Shown: piece after piece, positions 7,387 through 13,683 of the stretch | How positions within the stretch are numbered: the stretch's first letter is position 1 | Layout: every line of letters starts with the position of its first letter | Virus record (IMG/VR): IMGVR_UViG_3300050161_000017 | Span: 1-46,478 of that record | DNA length: 46,478 nt | Source: a virus | Strand: one strand, 5' to 3' | The notes under the pieces: model-generated | What the model was told of the DNA's origin: nothing | What the model saw: only the letters and a program-made list of their open reading frames with translations | Databases searched by the model: none | Program-made: the position numbers and the translations under genes

Positions 7387-8600
7387 TGTGCGGCTTAGTA
7401 GGTATATACTCATCCAATATGCTGGCGAAGCATAAAAACGCTCTTGCTGCTATGTTGTATCTAGACACATGGCGAGGGCCAGACAGCACTGGTGTTGCCG
7501 CCATTCGTCATAACGCCGACACTGCTGTTCTTAAATCCACTGTTCCGGGTTACGAGTTCGTTGAAGGTCCGAAGCTCGACCAGCATCTCAAACTCAACGA
7601 CTTCTGCTGGATTGGTCACAACCGTTTCGGCACAGTCGGCAAGAACATCAAGACAAATGCCCATCCATTCACCATCGACGACGATGACGGTGGTTGTTTG
7701 ATTGTCGGTGCCCATAACGGCACTCTCAAAAATAAGCATGTCCTGATCGACCACGCTCAATTTGGTACAGATAGTGAAGCTCTCTACAACAACATCGCTG
7801 TCGAAGGGTTGGAAAAAACCCTCGGGAAGGTGGAAGGCGCTTGGGCGCTGACTTACTACGACCATAACGAAGAAGAGTTGCGCATCATCCGCAATAAGGA
7901 ACGACCCCTCTGCTATGCCTTTGAGGAGGGTCATAAGACCCTAATCTGGGCATCGGAGATGTGGATGATCCGGGTTGCTTGCTCTCGTTTTGACATCAAG
8001 CTCGAAGATGACAAGGTGTATTCATTCGCTGAAGATACGTTGTTTCGCTTCCCTGCTCCGATGAAGATGAATGATGTCCTAGTAATGGAACGAAAAGGGG
8101 GCATAGTCGGCAAGCAGGCTCCCACTTTTTTTCAAAACTGGAACAGGGAGCACTGGCATGGTGGGGGTCACAGGGGGAACCAAACCCCTCACACGCAAAG
8201 AACGTCGGCGCATCCGAGCAGCAGCACGAGCAGCAACGCGAGCAGCAACGCGATAGTAGCTTCGAGTACGCCATCTACGACGAACACTCTAAACAATGGC
8301 GAGAGGCAAGCTACAAAGAACGTCAATTCATCCAGCGACACCTCGAATGGGCCGCCTAACCCTGAAAATAAGGTTCGAGACATTCTCTCAGCTAAGAAGT
8401 ATAGAGGTTTTAACGGTGTTCTCCTGTCCCAAAAAGCGTTGGAAAAGCAGTTGGACGGCGGGTGTGGTTGGTGTGAGCTAGAGTGTATCACAGAGCACGA
8501 TAGATTCGCTTGGCTAGCTCCTAGCAAACCCCTCTGCCACAAGTGCCTTACTGGCCGAGAAGAACCAAGCAAGCAAGAAGCACAAGTTGTGTGTCATTAA
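7386..8600 (+). CDS. Class-II (Ntn) glutamine amidotransferase with a Ser/Thr-rich linker and C-terminal CxxC...CxxC zinc ribbon (404 aa)
   Basis: Starts MCGLVGIY (Cys2 nucleophile), then GHNRFGTVG, NAHPF, GAHNGTLKN and GTDSEAL. ATG at 7386 after AAGGAGG. C-terminus reads CGWCE...CHKC. Confidence 0.8.
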   Translation: MCGLVGIYSSNMLAKHKNALAAMLYLDTWRGPDSTGVAAIRHNADTAVLKSTVPGYEFVEGPKLDQHLKLNDFCWIGHNRFGTVGKNIKTNAHPFTIDDDDGGCLIVGAHNGTLKNKHVLIDHAQFGTDSEALYNNIAVEGLEKTLGKVEGAWALTYYDHNEEELRIIRNKERPLCYAFEEGHKTLIWASEMWMIRVACSRFDIKLEDDKVYSFAEDTLFRFPAPMKMNDVLVMERKGGIVGKQAPTFFQNWNREHWHGGGHRGNQTPHTQRTSAHPSSSTSSNASSNAIVASSTPSTTNTLNNGERQATKNVNSSSDTSNGPPNPENKVRDILSAKKYRGFNGVLLSQKALEKQLDGGCGWCELECITEHDRFAWLAPSKPLCHKCLTGREEPSKQEAQVVCH

Positions 8601-8613
8601 GAAGGAATGAATT

Positions 8614-9432
8614 ATGAAGATCACGGTAGGTTGTGACCCCGAGCTGTTCGTTACGCAGGATGGCAAGTTCCGTTCAGCTCATGGATTGATCCCCGGCACT
8701 AAGGAGAAACCTTTCAAGGTCCAGAACGGTGCTGTCCAAGTTGACGGAATGGCTCTTGAATACAATATTGACCCAGTTGATAACGCCGATGATTTTGTGT
8801 TGTACAATCAGATGGTTATGGCTCAGATGAAGGAGATGGTTCCTGACCACGAGTTTGCAATCGTCCCTTCGTGCAGGTTTAATGGCAACCACTTCCGGGC
8901 ACAGCCCGATGAGGCGAAGGAACTTGGGTGTACGCCCGATTACAACGCTTATAGCATGAGGGCTAATCCTCGTCCTGACAACAAGACAACGATGCGGACT
9001 GCTTCAGGGCACATCCACATCGGCGGCTTCCCCTCTGATAACCCTGATGGCGATGAGCACATGACTCGTTGTGCTACGCTCATCAAGCAGCTCGATTGCT
9101 ACCTCGGCCTGACCTCTCTTCTGTTCGATAAGGACACCCTACGTCGCCAGATGTACGGTGCTGCCGGTGCTTTCCGGCCCAAGCCTTACGGAGTTGAGTA
9201 TCGTGTCCTGTCGAACGCATGGTTGCTAAATGAGAACCGGATGAGGTTTGTGTTTGACCAGACGGTTCGGGCAGTCAACGACCTATTGAAAGGCATTCGT
9301 CCGGTTGACAAGATCGGTGAACAGCGTGTTATCAACACCATCAATAGAAGTGATGCTTTCTCGGCAGGGCGTTTTCTGATCTCTGCCATCCCTGACGGCG
9401 AGCAGATTGTTGCTCAAGCTAGAGCACTTTAA
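8614..9432 (+). CDS. Carboxylate-amine ligase; my best family guess is phage COOH-NH2 ligase type 2, glutamine synthetase-like (272 aa)
   Basis: N-terminal VGCDPELFV, then DGMALEYN and SGHIHIGG. The family was recognised from memory and not searched. Confidence 0.65.
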   Translation: MKITVGCDPELFVTQDGKFRSAHGLIPGTKEKPFKVQNGAVQVDGMALEYNIDPVDNADDFVLYNQMVMAQMKEMVPDHEFAIVPSCRFNGNHFRAQPDEAKELGCTPDYNAYSMRANPRPDNKTTMRTASGHIHIGGFPSDNPDGDEHMTRCATLIKQLDCYLGLTSLLFDKDTLRRQMYGAAGAFRPKPYGVEYRVLSNAWLLNENRMRFVFDQTVRAVNDLLKGIRPVDKIGEQRVINTINRSDAFSAGRFLISAIPDGEQIVAQARAL

Positions 9433-9445
9433 TAGGAGTGAGTTT

Positions 9446-10102
9446 ATGTCTCTCAAAGGTGAAGCCTACGAAACGGCGGAGGAAGTAAAGTTTCGTCTGG
9501 AAAACACTGTTGTCCTATATGATGGTGCTCCTGTTCTTATCAGTCGAGTCAATGTCCCCGAAGAAGTAGATCGTAAGGAAATCGCTCGCGTTTTCTTCTA
9601 CGAACTTCCTTATGGACGGGGTGCGGGCAACGGTAAGGAGGTTCGCAAGTACCTTTCATCGAAGAAGTTTGACTTGGCCCCTTTCAAGATGGGTTATTTC
9701 AATCACAATGGCGGGGCTACTTTCGCATCTCGCATCCCTAACCGGCAGAACAAGCAAGGCATTAACGTCAACACCTGCTCTCTAACCAACATCAGGGGTA
9801 AGCGTTCGGAGATCATTGACTTCGACATGATGGTTGCTTCGCAAGGATTCGTGGACATGGTGGCGGGAAAGTTCCCAACCTTCGCTGAAGCAGGGGAGAT
9901 GCTGGGCGACAAGGAGACCTCCTCTGTTGCTGTAAGTCGCTCGTTTGCGTTCGTGATCAACCACGATCTTGAAGCCTTGCTGCTTATTCATAAAGGTGTT
10001 AAGTGTGGCATAGCTCTGAGGGGTCAAAAAGCCCTCAATCTTCCCCCTAAATTCCACTTCCTTCGGGAAGAAGCTGAAGAATGTCGTATCCCACTGGCTT
10101 AA
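9446..10102 (+). CDS. Hypothetical protein (218 aa) between the two ligases
   Basis: ATG at 9446 after GGAG, inside tracked ORF 9407..10102. No recognised motif. Confidence 0.7.
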   Translation: MSLKGEAYETAEEVKFRLENTVVLYDGAPVLISRVNVPEEVDRKEIARVFFYELPYGRGAGNGKEVRKYLSSKKFDLAPFKMGYFNHNGGATFASRIPNRQNKQGINVNTCSLTNIRGKRSEIIDFDMMVASQGFVDMVAGKFPTFAEAGEMLGDKETSSVAVSRSFAFVINHDLEALLLIHKGVKCGIALRGQKALNLPPKFHFLREEAEECRIPLA

Positions 10103-10116
10103 AGAGAGACACTACA

Positions 10117-11268
10117 ATGACTAGGCTACAAGACTTCTTAAACTCCCCTATTCCGGGCTTGAGTCGTATGATGAAAGCACCGAAGCAGGGTGATCTGTTC
10201 GGCATCGAGCTAGAGTGCGAGGGCCGTGACGTAGATTGGGACGGTTCGGACGCCAATCTCGTGAAGGATTGGGCACCACATGCTGACGGCTCTTTGCGAA
10301 ATAACCACGGTTCTTCTTGTGAGTGGGTGTTTAACGGCCCTGCGTCTTATAAGACCTCACTTCTTCGTGTTAAGAAGTTGTTTGAGTATTTTGAGAAGCG
10401 CAAGACAAAACTTGTCTGCTCTAACAGGACTTCTACACACGTCCACTTCAACATGGGTGACAAGAATGCCTATCAGTTGGTGAATATGTTCATTCTGTTC
10501 ACTATTTTGGAAGACCTTCTTGATCGCTATTGTGGAGAAGATCGTCGTGGGAACCTGTTCTGTCTCTCTTCTCGTCACGCAGAAGAGCAAGTATCGTGGA
10601 TCAGCGATGCTGTGTTTAACAGGCAGAACTTCGGAGCATTTCGGGAAGATTTCCGATATTGTTCACTGAACCTTGCTTCGATTAACAAGTTTGGGACGGT
10701 TGAGTTCCGAGCTATGCGTGGTCTGGACACTGAGGAAGCCGTCGTTACTTGGCTGAGTATCATCAAAGAGTTCTGCGAGTATGCTTGCTATACGATGAAG
10801 AACCCCGTTGACTTGATCGAAGCAATCTCTGTCAAGACTCCTCTTGGTTTTGTCAAGGAGGTGTTCTCGAAGGACAACTCCCTGCTTCTCACTAAGGGTA
10901 TTGACGAGCATGACATCAATGCTTCCATTTATGAAGGTCTCCGGCTCGTTCAGATGATGTGCTATCGCATCGGAACCGAGTTCGATCAGGTGCGTCTTAA
11001 GGGCCGTGATTTTTGGGCATCATTCGGGGGTGATCCAGAACCGGAGTTGGACGTCGCTCCAGAACTTCTGGCAGGACTCGGCAACCCAGCCGATGGTAGG
11101 CTTCGCCGTAGGCCTGCAGGACCTCGAATCGCTAATCTTATCGATAACCCGTTAGTTGTGCTTGAGATTAGAGAGAATCAAGCACGGGCAGAGGCAGTTA
11201 TGGCTCGTCGTTATGCAGACCGCATTGCTGCTCGCTTTGAACCTATTCCTGTTGTGGAGGATTTCTGA
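10117..11268 (+). CDS. Amidoligase (Amidoligase_2-like, GS/GCS fold), about 383 aa; an alternative start is at 10081
   Basis: FGIELECEG, STHVHFN and GTVEFRAMRG motifs. The stop overlaps the next ATG (TGATG). Confidence 0.75.
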   Translation: MTRLQDFLNSPIPGLSRMMKAPKQGDLFGIELECEGRDVDWDGSDANLVKDWAPHADGSLRNNHGSSCEWVFNGPASYKTSLLRVKKLFEYFEKRKTKLVCSNRTSTHVHFNMGDKNAYQLVNMFILFTILEDLLDRYCGEDRRGNLFCLSSRHAEEQVSWISDAVFNRQNFGAFREDFRYCSLNLASINKFGTVEFRAMRGLDTEEAVVTWLSIIKEFCEYACYTMKNPVDLIEAISVKTPLGFVKEVFSKDNSLLLTKGIDEHDINASIYEGLRLVQMMCYRIGTEFDQVRLKGRDFWASFGGDPEPELDVAPELLAGLGNPADGRLRRRPAGPRIANLIDNPLVVLEIRENQARAEAVMARRYADRIAARFEPIPVVEDF

Positions 11269-12035
11269 TGACTAAATTTCGTATCTACCCATACAAGCAA
11301 GGCAGCAAGAGTGCTAAGGCTCTTGCAGAAGCTCTTGAAGGAAAGGTTCTAAAGCATGTCGGGAGTAAGTACAAGCCCAGACTTAGTGACGTCGTTGTTA
11401 ATTGGGGTTCTGCTGCTCCTCCTGTTTTGGCCCCCGCCACCACCCTCAACAAGGATGTCGCAATAGCTCAGTGCAAGCTTAAAACTTTCAAGGCTCTTGG
11501 AGCTGCCGGGGTGCGCATTCCTGACTGCTGGGAGGGCCGTGCAGCAGCGGAGAACGCCCCGGCAGAGAGTTACCCTCTAATGTGCCGAACGGTGCTTAGA
11601 GGGCATTCTGGGGCGGGTATTGTGATCGCCAACAACGCTGATGAACTCGTGGAAGCACCTCTTTACACCAAGTACGTCAAGAAGAAGGATGAGTATCGTG
11701 TCCACGTCCTCAAAGACAAAGCCTTTTTCATTCAGCGTAAGGCCCGAAAGCTTGACAACGACAATCCCGACTGGTTGGTACGAAATCTGGCCGGAGGATT
11801 TGTTTTTGTCGAAGCCCCAGCCGACGAAGTCCCGGCTGATGTCATTAATCAGGCAGTGGCCACAGTTGCTGCGCTGGCTATCGACTTCGGAGGAGTGGAC
11901 GTTATCTGGAACGAAAGAGAAGGTAAAGCCTATGTCCTTGAATGCAACACGGCCTGCGGTCTCGAAGACCGAACCGCAGACAAGTATCAGCAAGCGTTTG
12001 TTGATTTTGTCGCGGATCAGGGACGCCAAGACTAG
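11268..12035 (+). CDS. ATP-grasp ligase (RimK-like), 255 aa
   Basis: EYRVHVLKDKAFFIQRK and the C-terminal YVLECNTACGLE, typical of small ATP-grasp peptide ligases. Confidence 0.75.
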   Translation: MTKFRIYPYKQGSKSAKALAEALEGKVLKHVGSKYKPRLSDVVVNWGSAAPPVLAPATTLNKDVAIAQCKLKTFKALGAAGVRIPDCWEGRAAAENAPAESYPLMCRTVLRGHSGAGIVIANNADELVEAPLYTKYVKKKDEYRVHVLKDKAFFIQRKARKLDNDNPDWLVRNLAGGFVFVEAPADEVPADVINQAVATVAALAIDFGGVDVIWNEREGKAYVLECNTACGLEDRTADKYQQAFVDFVADQGRQD

Positions 12036-12225
12036 GCGTTACCTTGAAATAGATGACACCTGGAATAAAGGGTGCATTTTCTACGATGAAAAGCAGGCTC
12101 AGAGGGAATATTCTTGGCTGAAAGCCCACAGCGATGTTAGAGAATACATCCTCGTAGCTCAAGTAGTTAAACAAAAACCAAAGATCAGTTGTTTTGATGA
12201 TTTAGACGACACCATACCATTCTAA
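12007..12225 (+). CDS. Possible small protein ending in the SSB-like tail FDDLDDTIPF; start unresolved (TTG at 11998, 12001 or 12007, all overlapping the ATP-grasp gene)
   Basis: The frame is open from 11641. There is no ATG, GTG or TTG in frame between 12036 and 12225. The C-terminus mimics the SSB tip. Confidence 0.35.
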   Translation: MSRIRDAKTRRYLEIDDTWNKGCIFYDEKQAQREYSWLKAHSDVREYILVAQVVKQKPKISCFDDLDDTIPF

Positions 12226-12237
12226 GAGGAAGTTATC

Positions 12238-12459
12238 ATGTACGCAGTTTCGTTTAGAATACCTTATGAAGTTCTTGGGCAGAGAGCTTACGTCAATGGT
12301 TCTTTGATTAATACGACCCCTCTCAAGAAGGGTCAGTTGATTGCTGTGATTAACAAATCTCAGTCTCCTGTTGTTAAAGGATTGACGGCAGAGGTTATTG
12401 AAAGTAATAAGACTACGCGCAGTGCTTCTGAGTTCAGATGGGGCTTGTTTGATGAGTGA
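12238..12459 (+). CDS. Hypothetical protein (73 aa)
   Basis: ATG after agaggaag. Confidence 0.6.
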   Translation: MYAVSFRIPYEVLGQRAYVNGSLINTTPLKKGQLIAVINKSQSPVVKGLTAEVIESNKTTRSASEFRWGLFDE

Positions 12460-12646
12460 CCCTCATAGTGCATTAGCCGAGAAACTGTACGGCGAGATAA
12501 CCCCGACTGGAAGGATTAAAGCCAAGACAATCAACTACATGCGGTTGTACGACAGTGGGGAAATCAAAGTCGGCCAAGTGGCGGGCCAGTATCCTGCTAC
12601 AGATTTGTCAAGCCTTGAATTAAGAGTCCTTGCATTATTTGCTTGA
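12452..12646 (+). CDS. 64-aa ORF resembling the family A DNA polymerase fingers segment (motif B / O-helix)
   Basis: ATGAGTGA overlap with the upstream gene. Its SDPHSALAEKLYGEITPTGRIKAKTINYMRLYDSGEIKVGQV aligns by eye with GDPHQYNADLAGVTRVRAKTLLYAIQYGAQAGKVAQI in this phage's DNA polymerase. Confidence 0.5.
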   Translation: MSDPHSALAEKLYGEITPTGRIKAKTINYMRLYDSGEIKVGQVAGQYPATDLSSLELRVLALFA

Positions 12647-12670
12647 CAAATCTGAAAAACCCTGTATAAT
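12643..12670 (+). promoter_or_regulatory. Strong sigma70-type promoter P5 (TTGACA, 16-nt spacer, TATAAT), a near-copy of P4
   Basis: TTGACA at 12643-12648 and TATAAT at 12665-12670. It carries the same conserved leader ATCCTAAAGGAGCGAGGGTGAAAAG. Confidence 0.7.
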
Positions 12671-12733
12671 ATCCTAAAGGAGCGAGGGTGAAAAGCTCCT
12701 CCCTAGAACATGAAAGAGAAGGAGAGAAATCCT

Positions 12734-12907
12734 ATGAGAGGTAACATACAACCTCCTCCGTCTTTCCTCTCTCCTGAACTTAAACAACAGATCATGTCAC
12801 GGCAATCTTCTTGTCAACACAAATGGGAAGAGGCTTACTCGATGTGGAGCAGCCAAAACCAAGGCACTGTTTGTTTCAAGTGTGGGGCAAGTAGAGTCCC
12901 TTCTTAA
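12734..12907 (+). CDS. Hypothetical protein (57 aa) with a CxH...CxxC motif
   Basis: ATG at 12734, 7 nt after AAGGAGAG, inside tracked ORF 12710..12907. Confidence 0.5.
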   Translation: MRGNIQPPPSFLSPELKQQIMSRQSSCQHKWEEAYSMWSSQNQGTVCFKCGASRVPS

Positions 12908-12927
12908 TACATGAAAGGCAAATAAAT

Positions 12928-13224
12928 ATGCGGTGCGATATCTGTGATAAGGCACTCTCTGACACAGAGGTTGTCTTCAATAAAGAATTAGTCAATCCCG
13001 ACGGTACTGGCGGATACGAACCTTGTGCAACTTGCCTAGAAATAGCAATGGATGCTGCATTCAGTCAAGGCTTCAATCGTCCTGATGATGAGATTGCTAC
13101 TGAAGTCGGGGACGAGTTCGGTGACGGCATCGTAGAGACTCTTGATACTGATGTTTCCCTGTCTGATTATCAGGAGGGTGACGCCAGCGACATGACAAGA
13201 TACGACACTGATGACTATGATTAA
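12928..13224 (+). CDS. Zinc-ribbon protein with a highly acidic C-terminal half (98 aa)
   Basis: CDICD...CATC at the N-terminus, followed by a D/E-rich tail. Confidence 0.65.
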   Translation: MRCDICDKALSDTEVVFNKELVNPDGTGGYEPCATCLEIAMDAAFSQGFNRPDDEIATEVGDEFGDGIVETLDTDVSLSDYQEGDASDMTRYDTDDYD

Positions 13225-13227
13225 CGC

Positions 13228-13256
13228 TTGACAAAAGTTATAATCTGATGTATTAT
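13228..13256 (+). promoter_or_regulatory. Sigma70-type promoter P6 (TTGACA, 17-nt spacer, TATTAT)
   Basis: GCTTGACAAAAG context. The leader ACTCCTAAGGAG resembles those of P4 and P5. Confidence 0.6.
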
Positions 13257-13275
13257 ACTCCTAAGGAGTTAGGCC

Positions 13276-13683
13276 ATGAAGTTTGAAGATGTTGTTTACG
13301 CTAGCTATCCTACAGGTAGTCGCTACATTTGTAATCCCCCACCTCTTGATACCGATAACGACACTGTCTTTCTGGTGAACGGTTACTACGACTGGAAGCA
13401 GATGCTTCTGGATGAAGGTTGGGGGGATTGCGGAGAAGAGTACGAGAAAGGTGAAGATTTTCACGCCTATCGGAAAGGTGAGGAGAACTACATCGTCACT
13501 GAAGATGACGATTTCTATCAATCTTATGTTAAGGCTACCGAAGGTGCCAAGGCGCTCAACCTTCTCAACAAAGAAGATCGCATCAAACTCTTCATTGCTG
13601 TCAATGGTTCAGGCCGTCCGCTCAAGACCACACAGGATCGCGGAGTGTTTGAAATCTGGGATGGGAGGAATATTCCTTTTTGA
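13276..13683 (+). CDS. Hypothetical protein (135 aa); possible minimal pol-beta-type nucleotidyltransferase
   Basis: ATG after AAGGAG. TGSRYICNPPPLDTDNDTVFLV matches the loose GS-x9-DxD-hydrophobic pattern. The function call is tentative. Confidence 0.6.
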   Translation: MKFEDVVYASYPTGSRYICNPPPLDTDNDTVFLVNGYYDWKQMLLDEGWGDCGEEYEKGEDFHAYRKGEENYIVTEDDDFYQSYVKATEGAKALNLLNKEDRIKLFIAVNGSGRPLKTTQDRGVFEIWDGRNIPF

